Part shown: in pieces, positions 10,773 through 19,778 of the stretch
Layout of the letters: every line of letters begins with the position of its first letter
How positions within the stretch are numbered: the first letter of the stretch is position 1
DNA from: an uncultured Actinomycetota bacterium
GTDB taxonomy: Bacteria; Actinomycetota; Humimicrobiia; Humimicrobiales; Humimicrobiaceae
DNA length: 64,000 nt
Assembly: GCA_964528815.1 (NCBI GenBank)
Contig: CAZGTW010000001.1
Span: forward strand, 753 to 64,752
Direction of reading: 5' to 3'
Program-made: the position numbers and the translations under genes
Notes under the pieces: model-generated
Told to the model about the DNA's origin: nothing
The model's database searches: none
The model's input: only the letters and a program-made list of their open reading frames with translations

Positions 10773-11918
10773 TCATAATCTGCAATATTGGTTTATATTT
10801 TTTTCTTCTATAAGTCCGATAAATATAAGCTCAGCAATAATGCGCAGTGCTTCTTTTAATCCCGTACCTGTAATTGTGATTATTTCTTCAAGGCTTACAG
10901 GGTTTTTCCCGATGACATTATAAATATTTTTCTGGGAAACGCCCAATTCAGCATGGGTATTTTTATTTTCTTTTTTTAAGAATAAATCCTGCTTGCAGCC
11001 GTTTTCGTTTCCTGTCTGCCTGCTGTAAGAGAAATCTTTGTCAAGGGTCAGGATTTCTTCAAATATATCATCAATATTTTCTGCAAGTTTTGCCCCGTTT
11101 TTTATCAGTTTGTGGCAACCCCTGCTCTGCGTATTATATATTTCTCCCGGAACAGCAAAAACTTCACGGTTCTGCTGCAATGCAAATTCAGCGGTTATAA
11201 GCGCCCCGCTTTTATTTCCTGCTTCCACTACTATTACCCCTTTGCACAGACCGCTTATTATCCTGTTTCTCGCAGGAAAATTACTCTTAAGTGGCGGTGT
11301 GCCCGGAAAAAATTCACTTATTACCAGGCCATTTTCCACAATTTCATTGTACAGTTTTTTATTTTCAGGAGGATAAATTATATCTATCCCGCATCCCATA
11401 ACGGCAATGGTGCCGCCTTTTTGACCCAGTGAAGACTTATGGGAAAAATAATCGATTCCTGCGGCCATGCCGCTTACAATAGTAATACCCTCCATGGAAA
11501 GTTCACGTGCAAAATAGGACGCCACATCTCTGCCGTAAACACTGCATTTTCTTGTCCCGACAATGCCAATACATGTTTTTATGGTTTTAAAAGATCTATT
11601 CCCCTTATAAAAGAGCAGCGGCGGGGGAAAATATATTTCTTTAAGGATATCCGGGTATTCGCTTTCTGAGATATTTAATATATCGTATTTTTTCTGTAAA
11701 ATATCATTTTCGATATTAAGGGTAGCAGATCTGCCATTTGCATTGTTTTTGTACTTTTCATAAAGTTCTAAAGTATTGAGATCCTGGAATGATTTTATTG
11801 CAAGAAATAAGTCCTGGTTATTCTTCCTGAAACTTTTTATAAAATCTGATGGGCTGATGCCGCGCTCTACCAGTATTTCAAGGATTTTTTTACAATCTTT
11901 ATTCATATGCAAACTCAA
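10773..11918 (-). CDS. dprA: DNA processing protein DprA (Smf)
   Basis: 381 aa; Rossmann core GIVGTRKCSVYGRDVASYFARELSMEGITIVSGMAAGID...AVPGEIYN. Confidence 0.9.
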   Translation of the reverse strand: MSLHMNKDCKKILEILVERGISPSDFIKSFRKNNQDLFLAIKSFQDLNTLELYEKYKNNANGRSATLNIENDILQKKYDILNISESEYPDILKEIYFPPPLLFYKGNRSFKTIKTCIGIVGTRKCSVYGRDVASYFARELSMEGITIVSGMAAGIDYFSHKSSLGQKGGTIAVMGCGIDIIYPPENKKLYNEIVENGLVISEFFPGTPPLKSNFPARNRIISGLCKGVIVVEAGNKSGALITAEFALQQNREVFAVPGEIYNTQSRGCHKLIKNGAKLAENIDDIFEEILTLDKDFSYSRQTGNENGCKQDLFLKKENKNTHAELGVSQKNIYNVIGKNPVSLEEIITITGTGLKEALRIIAELIFIGLIEEKNINQYCRL

Positions 11919-13482
11919 TCCTGAAATTCAATGACTCCATGAAATGTTCCGGAATAATATCTTTACTGCCATCAAGATCTGCAATTGTCCGCGCAACTTT
12001 AATAAGGCTGGCTATCGCTCTTGCTGAAAAATTAAATCTAGTGACCATCTCAGGTATCATGCCTGAGAGCCCGTCATTGCCGGATGACCATTTGTTTACT
12101 ACCTCTGCATTTACTTCAGAATTATAATTTATGTTTCCCCGGGAATTTAAATATCTTTCTCTCTGGATATTATGGGCTGCATTTACTCTTATTTTTATTT
12201 CACTTGAACTTTCAGATACAATATTTGAAGTTCTGAAATCTTTTTCTTGAAGCCTTTCAATATTTATCCTCATGTCTATTCTGTCAATTATGGGCCCGGA
12301 TATTTTTTTCCAGTATTTGGTTACTTCACGCTGTGAACATTTGCAATCCTTTTTTTTATCACCATTGTATCCGCACATGCATGGATTTGTTGCAAGAATA
12401 AGCATAAAACTTGCAGGGAACCTGTAAGAGTAATTATTTCTTACGATAATAATCTCCTTATTCTCAAGGGGTTGCCTTAAATCTTCGATAAGCACCCCTG
12501 GAAACTGGGAAAATTCATCCAGAAACAAAACCCCCCTGTGCGCAAGGCTTATTTCACCCGGCTTTGGTATGGCCCCTCCCCCGGAAAGCCCTGCACTTGT
12601 TATGGTATGGTGCGGGTTCCTGAAAGGCCTTGTTTTGATTACATCGCCTTTGATATTTTTCAGAAGACTGTAGATTTTTGTGACTTCAAGGCTTTCATCT
12701 TCACTAAGTTCCGGCAGTATTGATATAATAGCCTGTGCAAGCAATGTCTTTCCCGCGCCGGGCGGACCCACCATAAGAATATTGTGCATCCCGGCAGCAG
12801 CGATTTCGAGTGCCCTTTTTGCCCTTAACTGGCCCTTTATAATATTAAAATCCGTATAATTACTGCAGGCATTTATATTACTGGCATTACTGGTTGACTT
12901 TATCTTGATCACTCTGTAATCCTCATCTGCTTTTTGAAGCAATATCTGCCGGCTGGCAATTAAACCTGTTGCATATTTTAAACTGCTGCAGCTTATTATT
13001 TTTATATCTTCCTTTGTTCCCCTGTTGGCTATCAAAGCCTGGCTGAAATTCTGTTCCGGAAGGAAAAAAAATTCTTTTCTGCATTCAGATGCAAATTCAA
13101 CCATTGAAATTATTCCCCTGACAGGATTTAAACCGCCATCAAGAGATAATTCTCCAATAAATAAGCATTTATCAGGCAATTCATTATTGCCGCAGCATAT
13201 CTGGCTGCTTGCAGCAAGGAGGGCAAATGCTATCGGAAAGTCATAGCATGGGCCTTCTTTTTTAATATCTGCCGGTGAAAGGTTTATTATTATCCTCTTT
13301 AAAGGAAATTTAAATCCGCTGTTTATTATTGCTGCTCTTACCCGCATCCTGGATTCGTTTACTGCTTTGTCCGGTAAGCCGACAATTGTAAATGATGGCA
13401 GGCCGCTGGAAATGTGTATTTCAATTGAAATCTTCAAGCAATCAATTCCAAGAAGTGCAATGCTGTCCAACTTAAAAAACAT
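11899..13482 (-). CDS. comM: YifB/ComM family Mg-chelatase-like AAA+ ATPase
   Basis: 527 aa; Walker A MVGPPGAGKT, Walker B LFLDEF, and an N-terminal Lon-like domain. Confidence 0.9.
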   Translation of the reverse strand: MFFKLDSIALLGIDCLKISIEIHISSGLPSFTIVGLPDKAVNESRMRVRAAIINSGFKFPLKRIIINLSPADIKKEGPCYDFPIAFALLAASSQICCGNNELPDKCLFIGELSLDGGLNPVRGIISMVEFASECRKEFFFLPEQNFSQALIANRGTKEDIKIISCSSLKYATGLIASRQILLQKADEDYRVIKIKSTSNASNINACSNYTDFNIIKGQLRAKRALEIAAAGMHNILMVGPPGAGKTLLAQAIISILPELSEDESLEVTKIYSLLKNIKGDVIKTRPFRNPHHTITSAGLSGGGAIPKPGEISLAHRGVLFLDEFSQFPGVLIEDLRQPLENKEIIIVRNNYSYRFPASFMLILATNPCMCGYNGDKKKDCKCSQREVTKYWKKISGPIIDRIDMRINIERLQEKDFRTSNIVSESSSEIKIRVNAAHNIQRERYLNSRGNINYNSEVNAEVVNKWSSGNDGLSGMIPEMVTRFNFSARAIASLIKVARTIADLDGSKDIIPEHFMESLNFRIEFAYE

Positions 13483-13582
13483 TATTTGATTATATACATA
13501 TTTATGTATATATACAATAGTAAAACAGCATGTTTAAAAATTTTTTAAAGCAAAAAATAAAAAAGCAAAACCCTGAGCAATA

Positions 13583-13942
13583 TTATATCTCACAATTTTT
13601 TATATGTTTTAGAGACATCCCTGTTCTGCCGGAAATAATTGAAATTACATCAAAGGACACGTCATATTCTTCCATATTATTTTGCTGAATATAATGATTT
13701 GCACAATTTTTTATATGGTCCAATTTAAAATGGTCTACAGATTCCTCAGGCTGTAGAAAACTGCCTGCTGTTCTTGTCTTTACTTCTATAAAGAATAATG
13801 TATTTGATTTGGCAGCAATTATGTCTATTTCCCCAAATCTGCACCTGTAATTTCTTTCAAGAATCCTGTATCCGTCATTTTCAAGATATTCGCCGGCTTT
13901 TAGCTCCCCTGATGTTCCAAGCTCCCTGGAATTTTTTGTCAT
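13583..13942 (-). CDS. yraN: YraN family (UPF0102) predicted endonuclease
   Basis: 119 aa; GEYLENDGYRILERNYRCRFGEIDIIA...FIEVKTR motif. Confidence 0.85.
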   Translation of the reverse strand: MTKNSRELGTSGELKAGEYLENDGYRILERNYRCRFGEIDIIAAKSNTLFFIEVKTRTAGSFLQPEESVDHFKLDHIKNCANHYIQQNNMEEYDVSFDVISIISGRTGMSLKHIKNCEI

Positions 13943-14577
13943 TGCTGCTCTTTTACTCCATTAAATGATTTCCTGTGTATTGCAGACGGACCGATATCTT
14001 TAAGTACCATAAAATGTCTTTTTGTTCCGTAGCCTTTATTAAGAGCAAAGCCATACTGGGGATAGATATGAGAATATTTAATCATTAAACGGTCCCTGAT
14101 TACTTTTGCCAGTATTGACGCAGCAGCAATAGATACGCTCAGTTCATCGCCATTTATTATTGGAATTGATTGAATATTAAACCTTTTGAGGTCAATATGC
14201 AGTGCGTCTGTAATAACAAGATCAGGTTTTATCTTGAGTTTACTTACTGCTTTTTTCATTACCAGAAGATTTGCATTGCCAAGAGATATCCTGTCAATTA
14301 CAGCCGGGGATACTCTGGCAATCGACCAGCATTTGCAGCTTTTTATGATTTTTTTAAAAATGATATTTCTGTTTGCTGAAGTGATTTTTTTTGAATCATC
14401 CAGTTTTTCAATCATCATTTTCTGCCTGTCAAGTATAACTGCTGCTGCTACAATCGGTCCGGCAAGTGAGCCCCTGCCTGCTTCGTCTACTCCTGCTATA
14501 GTATAGTATCCGCAGGAAAAAAGCTCATCTTCATATGAACATAGATCAAGGAGCCTTTTAACTTCCCTGAATTTCAT
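13939..14577 (-). CDS. rnhB: ribonuclease HII
   Basis: 212 aa; GVDEAGRGSLAGPIVAAAVIL. Confidence 0.92.
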   Translation of the reverse strand: MKFREVKRLLDLCSYEDELFSCGYYTIAGVDEAGRGSLAGPIVAAAVILDRQKMMIEKLDDSKKITSANRNIIFKKIIKSCKCWSIARVSPAVIDRISLGNANLLVMKKAVSKLKIKPDLVITDALHIDLKRFNIQSIPIINGDELSVSIAAASILAKVIRDRLMIKYSHIYPQYGFALNKGYGTKRHFMVLKDIGPSAIHRKSFNGVKEQQ

Positions 14578-14578
14578 A

Positions 14579-15115
14579 TTACCCGGGTTTTCCTATTCTT
14601 GAGAAAGGGCCATATATAAAAATGACTTTGCCGAAAATATTATCTGTGGAAATGGGTCCGAAAACACGGCTGTCTGCACTGTTGTTACGGTTGTCTCCCA
14701 TTACAAAATATTCATTATCTCCAATTTTGTAGCTTTTATTTTCGTAGGAAACAATAAAACCTTCAGGCAGGTATGGTTCCAGTATTTCATCACCATTTAT
14801 AAATACCTGTCCATCACTATTAAAAGAGATTTCTTCGCCTTCAAGGCCGATAACTCTTTTTACAAGGTTCTTTTTTTCAAGTGGCGAGTATATTGCAACT
14901 ATATCACCGCGCTTAACCTCTTTGAACTTATATTCAAGCTTATTGACAATAACCTTATCGCCGACAAGCAATGTTGGGGACATTGATGGTGTTGGCACAA
15001 TAAAAGGCTCTATTACAAAAATCCTGAGTCCTACAGAAATCATTGCCGCAATTGCGGCTACTATTAAATATCCAAGTAATTCTTTAAATATATTTTTCTT
15101 ATTTTTCGAATTCAA
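14579..15115 (-). CDS. lepB: signal peptidase I
   Basis: 178 aa; N-terminal TM; SPTLLVGD (catalytic-Ser region) and GDNRNNSADSR boxes. Confidence 0.9.
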   Translation of the reverse strand: MNSKNKKNIFKELLGYLIVAAIAAMISVGLRIFVIEPFIVPTPSMSPTLLVGDKVIVNKLEYKFKEVKRGDIVAIYSPLEKKNLVKRVIGLEGEEISFNSDGQVFINGDEILEPYLPEGFIVSYENKSYKIGDNEYFVMGDNRNNSADSRVFGPISTDNIFGKVIFIYGPFSRIGKPG

Positions 15116-15440
15116 CTTTGGATTTTTTACCTATTTTTTTCCTGAGGTAATACAGTTTGGCGCGTCGGACAATGCCAGTGTTTATCTTATTGATGGATTG
15201 TATCATTGGTGAGTTAACAAGAAATGTTCTTTCAACGCCTATATTGAAAGAGATTTTCCTTACTGTAAAGGTCTTATTAATACCGCTTCCCTGCATCTTT
15301 ATTACAATGCCTTCAAAACTCTGCACTCTTTCCTTATTTTCTTCCCTGATTTTAAGGTTTACTTTAACCTTATCCCCCGCTTTAAATGAAGGTACATCGT
15401 CTTTTAAATATTTATTTTCTATTTTATCAAGGGTATTCAT
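15099..15440 (-). CDS. rplS: 50S ribosomal protein L19
   Basis: 113 aa; L19-like sequence in the trmD-rplS context. Confidence 0.9.
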   Translation of the reverse strand: MNTLDKIENKYLKDDVPSFKAGDKVKVNLKIREENKERVQSFEGIVIKMQGSGINKTFTVRKISFNIGVERTFLVNSPMIQSINKINTGIVRRAKLYYLRKKIGKKSKVEFEK

Positions 15441-15501
15441 AATTCTGCTCCGGAACTAAAATTAATATTACTAAAAAATAAACTAAGAAACTATAAATAA
15501 T

Positions 15502-16206
15502 TTAATTGTTTTTGTCAAATAAATCAGGCCTGTTTTCTGATGTTATATCAACTGATTTATTTATGCGCCATTTTTCTATCTCCTGGTGGTTACCGCTCAA
15601 TAATATTTCAGGCACTTTTGACCCTTTATATTCTTCAGGTCTTGTATATTGCGGATAATCAAGCAGATTTTCTTCGAACGATTCCCTGACTATTGATTCT
15701 TCTTTTCCTACTACTCCCTTAAGCAGCCTGACAACTCCATCAATTACTACCATTGCAGGAACTTCTCCTCCGGTAAGTATATAATCGCCGATAGACAGTT
15801 CCATATCAGCAATTCCCAGCTCATTTACCCTTTCATCGACTCCCTCGTAACGTCCGCATATCATGATTATATTTTCAAATTTCGAAAGGTTCCTTAAAAA
15901 ATCCTGGTCCAGTTTTTTCCCCCTGGGAGATAATAATATTACTTTTTGCATTGCAGGGTCGGCCACTTTATTTTTTTCTTTTATATGTGCCACGGCAGCA
16001 TCAATAGGTTGCACGGCCATTACCATTCCGGGACCGCCCCCGTATGGCCTGTCATCGACTTTTCTGTGCCGGTCCAGGGTAAAATCCCTCAGGTCATATA
16101 CATTCAGTTCGTATAGTGACTTTTTATCACCTTCTTTTATAACACCATAATCAGTAAAATTTTCGAATATGCGCGGGAAAATAGTAATAACATCTATCTT
16201 TAACAT
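15502..16206 (-). CDS. trmD: tRNA (guanine37-N1)-methyltransferase
   Basis: 234 aa; SPOUT-type motifs (ICGRYEGVDERV). Confidence 0.92.
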   Translation of the reverse strand: MLKIDVITIFPRIFENFTDYGVIKEGDKKSLYELNVYDLRDFTLDRHRKVDDRPYGGGPGMVMAVQPIDAAVAHIKEKNKVADPAMQKVILLSPRGKKLDQDFLRNLSKFENIIMICGRYEGVDERVNELGIADMELSIGDYILTGGEVPAMVVIDGVVRLLKGVVGKEESIVRESFEENLLDYPQYTRPEEYKGSKVPEILLSGNHQEIEKWRINKSVDITSENRPDLFDKNN

Positions 16207-16308
16207 TTTATTTTCTGAAAGCCTTTTTTAGTTAAAAATTTTTTATAAAAACCTGACAGCAGGAAAATAGATCGATATGGCAGATTTGAATAAAAATTAC
16301 ATAATTTA

Positions 16309-16836
16309 TTATATATATTCGGGTATTTCTTTAATAATAATAATCCTGTTTTCTACATCTATGTTTTCTATGTACTGGTCATACATGGGTATTGTTATTG
16401 TTTTTCCGGCAGTATCATTAATTATAAGGTTATCATTATAAGCACAGTTTTCCACATCCAAAACAGTGCCGACTGATTTTCCATCTTTAAGGACTACTTC
16501 GCAACCAATTAATTCATCTACCCAGTTAGTATCGCTTTCCAGTAAGGGCTGGTCCGCTGCGGCTCTGAAAATCTGCTTTCCCCTGAGGTTTTCAGAATCA
16601 TCAGAAGTCCCGTATCCTTCAAATTTCAGTACTGTACGCATGCCGCTTTTCACTGAGACAGTTTTAGAGTCCTGAATCACCAGCTTATTCTTTAAGGTTT
16701 CATCAAGATAAAGAATTGTTCCCTTTAAAATAGTATCGGGATAATCAGTAACCATCCTGACAAATACATAACCTTTTATCCCGAATGGTTTACCTATTAT
16801 CCCGACAATTCTGGAATAGCCTGTTTTTTCTGACAT
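16309..16836 (-). CDS. rimM: 16S rRNA processing protein RimM
   Basis: 175 aa; GKPFGIKGYV N-terminus and PRC barrel. Confidence 0.88.
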   Translation of the reverse strand: MSEKTGYSRIVGIIGKPFGIKGYVFVRMVTDYPDTILKGTILYLDETLKNKLVIQDSKTVSVKSGMRTVLKFEGYGTSDDSENLRGKQIFRAAADQPLLESDTNWVDELIGCEVVLKDGKSVGTVLDVENCAYNDNLIINDTAGKTITIPMYDQYIENIDVENRIIIIKEIPEYI

Positions 16837-16938
16837 AATTAAATTATGTCTGATTAATTAAAAATTTTTGTTATATTTTTAAATATTTTTTAATATTAAA
16901 ATACAACTGATATAACCGGACATTTAAAACAGTGCCAA

Positions 16939-17172
16939 TCAGTCAATAATCTTCACAATTGAAGATTTTCCTCTTTTTGCAGATGCGGCCCTCATGACTA
17001 CTCTTAAAGCATTTGCTGTCCTGCCTTTTTTGCCAATAACTTTTCCAAGATCATTCTCAGATACATGAAGCTTGAAGATGACTGTCTTGTCCCCTTCCTC
17101 TTCTTCTGTGATCTCTACTTCTGCCGGATTATCAACCAATTCCTTCACCATGTACTCTAGCAGCTCTTTCAC
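16939..17172 (-). CDS. KH-domain RNA-binding protein (YlqC/UPF0109)
   Basis: 77 aa; VIGKKGRTANALRV GXXG loop; conserved position between rpsP and rimM. Confidence 0.85.
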   Translation of the reverse strand: MKELLEYMVKELVDNPAEVEITEEEEGDKTVIFKLHVSENDLGKVIGKKGRTANALRVVMRAASAKRGKSSIVKIID

Positions 17173-17199
17173 GATGTACCTCCATCCCTTTTGTATTGA

Positions 17200-17445
17200 C
17201 TACTGCTTTAAATTGACAATGTCAAATATTTTCTGAACAGTGCCTGTAGGTGTAGCACCTTTTTGCAGCCAGTCCAGTGCTTTCTCTTTATTAAGCTCAA
17301 TTTTAGAGGGCTCAGTCTTTGGGTCATAAGTCCCTATATTTTCAATGAACCTTCCGTCCCTTGGTGACCTGCTGTCGGCCACAACGATCCTGTAATACGG
17401 TTGTTTCTTTGAACCAACCCTGGTCAGCCTTATCTTTACGCTCAA
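17200..17445 (-). CDS. rpsP: 30S ribosomal protein S16
   Basis: 81 aa; [35 protein letters not shown]. Confidence 0.93.
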   Translation of the reverse strand: MSVKIRLTRVGSKKQPYYRIVVADSRSPRDGRFIENIGTYDPKTEPSKIELNKEKALDWLQKGATPTGTVQKIFDIVNLKQ

Positions 17446-17484
17446 TCCAGTAACCTCCTGAAATCTAGTCTGTACGTGTTTTTC

Positions 17485-17511
17485 TGTGTTTTCAATATGC
17501 TAAATTATATA
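17485..17511 (-). promoter_or_regulatory. putative sigma-70 promoter for the rpsP-KH-rimM-trmD-rplS operon
   Basis: Minus strand reads TTGCAA, a 16-nt spacer, then TATAAT, about 50 nt upstream of the rpsP start. Confidence 0.45.
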
Positions 17512-17558
17512 TTTTATTATAAAACTTGCAAAATATTTTTTATTTGTATGGTATTAAG

Positions 17559-18893
17559 CTAAAATGGCAGCTTAAATCCCTTATTTCCACCGGGCCTTGA
17601 AAACTGTTTTAATGTCTGCTGGGCCATGCTGAATTGTTTAAGGAGTTTGTTTACATCGCCTACCGAAGTCCCGCTTCCTGCTGCAATCCTTTTTTTTCTG
17701 CTGCCATTTATAATATAAGGTTTGAGCCTCTCCTGGACAGTCATTGAATTTACCATTGCTTCTATCCTGTCAAGCTGAGAATCGTCCATATTTACATTGG
17801 AAAGGACTTTACTCCGGTTCTGGACAGGCAGCATTGAAAAAATCTTATCAAGTGAGCCCATTTTCCTTATGCTTTTCATCTGGTCAATAAAATCCACAAA
17901 ATTCATTTCATTCTTAAAGATCTTCTGTTCAAGTTCCTTTGCTTTTTTTTCATCAATGACTTTTTCAGCTTTTTCAATCAAGGTAAGGACGTCACCCATT
18001 CCAAGTATCCTTGAAGCAATCCTGTCAGGGTGGAAAATATCAAAATCTTCAACTTTTTCACCGGTAGAGATGAATTTTACAGGTTTTTTTACTACATGGT
18101 TTATTGAAAGTGCTGCCCCTCCCCTGGTATCACTGTCCAGTTTTGTAAGTATTATCCCGTCAAATTCCAGCTTTTCATTGAACTGCTGTGCAATATTTAC
18201 TGCTTCCTGGCCTGTCATGGCATCAAGTACAAGGAGTATCTGATGAGGCAGCACTTTTTTCTTAATTGCTGCCACTTCATTCATCATATCAGCATCTATT
18301 TGAAGCCTGCCTGCAGTATCAATAATTATCACATCAGCACCTGACTTCCTGTAAAAATCCAGACCTTCTGCCGCAATTGTAACAGGATCTGCTTTTTCAT
18401 TATGATATACTTCTATGCCATGCTGGCTTGCATTATCTGAAAGTTGTTTTGCGGCAGCAGGCCTGTAAATATCTGCCGCTATAACTGATACTTTCCGCTG
18501 GTATTTGTTTTTAATAAAATCTGCAAGCTTAATTGTAGCAGTTGTCTTTCCTGTTCCCTGAAGCCCGACAAGCATATAGACAGTTGGCGGCTTGCCGGCA
18601 AAACTTGCATCACTGCTACCTGAACCCAGCATCTTTATCATTTCGTCATTTACTATTTTAATTACCTGCTGAGTCGGTGTAAGGCTCTCAAGTATATTCT
18701 GGCCAAGAGCCCGGGCTTTGATATTCTCAAGGAATTCTTTTACAACCTTGAAGTTTACATCAGCTTCCAGCAGTGCCATTCTTATTTCCCTTAATGCAAC
18801 CTCAAGGTCCTGCGGGCTGAGCTTGCCTTTGTTTCTTATCTTATAAAAAAGATCTTCGAATTTTGCTGTCAAAAACTCAAACATTTTTATCAA
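17559..18893 (-). CDS. ffh: signal recognition particle protein Ffh
   Basis: 444 aa; NG domain with GLQGTGKTT; Met-rich M domain. Confidence 0.93.
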   Translation of the reverse strand: MIKMFEFLTAKFEDLFYKIRNKGKLSPQDLEVALREIRMALLEADVNFKVVKEFLENIKARALGQNILESLTPTQQVIKIVNDEMIKMLGSGSSDASFAGKPPTVYMLVGLQGTGKTTATIKLADFIKNKYQRKVSVIAADIYRPAAAKQLSDNASQHGIEVYHNEKADPVTIAAEGLDFYRKSGADVIIIDTAGRLQIDADMMNEVAAIKKKVLPHQILLVLDAMTGQEAVNIAQQFNEKLEFDGIILTKLDSDTRGGAALSINHVVKKPVKFISTGEKVEDFDIFHPDRIASRILGMGDVLTLIEKAEKVIDEKKAKELEQKIFKNEMNFVDFIDQMKSIRKMGSLDKIFSMLPVQNRSKVLSNVNMDDSQLDRIEAMVNSMTVQERLKPYIINGSRKKRIAAGSGTSVGDVNKLLKQFSMAQQTLKQFSRPGGNKGFKLPF

Positions 18894-18902
18894 ATACCTT
18901 TC

Positions 18903-19778
18903 TTACGAAAATAAACTATCTATAAATTTTTTTGCGTCAAATACTTCAATATTGTCAAGCTTCTCACCTGATGTTATAAACTTTACAGGTATTTTCAGCT
19001 CATTTGTTATTGTAATTACTATTCCGCCTTTAGAGGTGCCGTCAGTTTTTGTTAGAATAATCCCGCTTGGCTGGACAGCTTCCCTGAAAATCGCTGCCTG
19101 CTGCTTTGCATTCTGGCCTGTTGTCGAATCCAGAACAATAAGGGTCTCATCCGGTTCCCTGCTGATTTTTTTTGTAATTACTTTTTTGATTTTTTTTAAT
19201 TCTTCCATAAGGTTATAAGCAGTATGCATCCTGCCTGCAGTGTCAATCAGAACAATATCTATTCCTTTTGCAATTGCTTTTTCTAAACTGTCATATACTA
19301 CTGCGCCAGGATCTGAATAACGCTGATGATGAACAATTGGAAGTCCTAGCACCTGCGCAAAGTGGTCTATCTGTTCATATGCTGCTGCCCTGTATGTATC
19401 GGCAGCTGTAAGAAGCACCTGTTTCCCCTTATCCTTGAAAAATTTTGCAAGCTTGGCGATACTCGAAGTCTTTCCAACACCGTTTACACCTGCAAGCATC
19501 CATACAGTCGGAGCCTTGTCAGAAAGGATGTAACCGGAATCTGCTGATTGCTCCTCCATAATATCCAGTAAATGTTTTTTCAGCAGTTCTTTAATATTAT
19601 CAATATAATTGATATTACCGGAAAGCGTTTCCTGCCTTACTGAACTTATTATTAAAGAAGTCGTCTGTGGGCCCACATCATTCAATATTAGCTGCTCTTC
19701 TATTTCATCCCAGAACTGTTCATTGGTGCGTCTGAATTTATTCCAGATAAAATTAAGGTTTTTAATTAATTTCTGCAT
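18903..19778 (-). CDS. ftsY: SRP receptor FtsY (NG domains only, no A domain)
   Basis: 291 aa; LAGVNGVGKTSSIAKLA and DTAGR. Confidence 0.92.
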   Translation of the reverse strand: MQKLIKNLNFIWNKFRRTNEQFWDEIEEQLILNDVGPQTTSLIISSVRQETLSGNINYIDNIKELLKKHLLDIMEEQSADSGYILSDKAPTVWMLAGVNGVGKTSSIAKLAKFFKDKGKQVLLTAADTYRAAAYEQIDHFAQVLGLPIVHHQRYSDPGAVVYDSLEKAIAKGIDIVLIDTAGRMHTAYNLMEELKKIKKVITKKISREPDETLIVLDSTTGQNAKQQAAIFREAVQPSGIILTKTDGTSKGGIVITITNELKIPVKFITSGEKLDNIEVFDAKKFIDSLFS

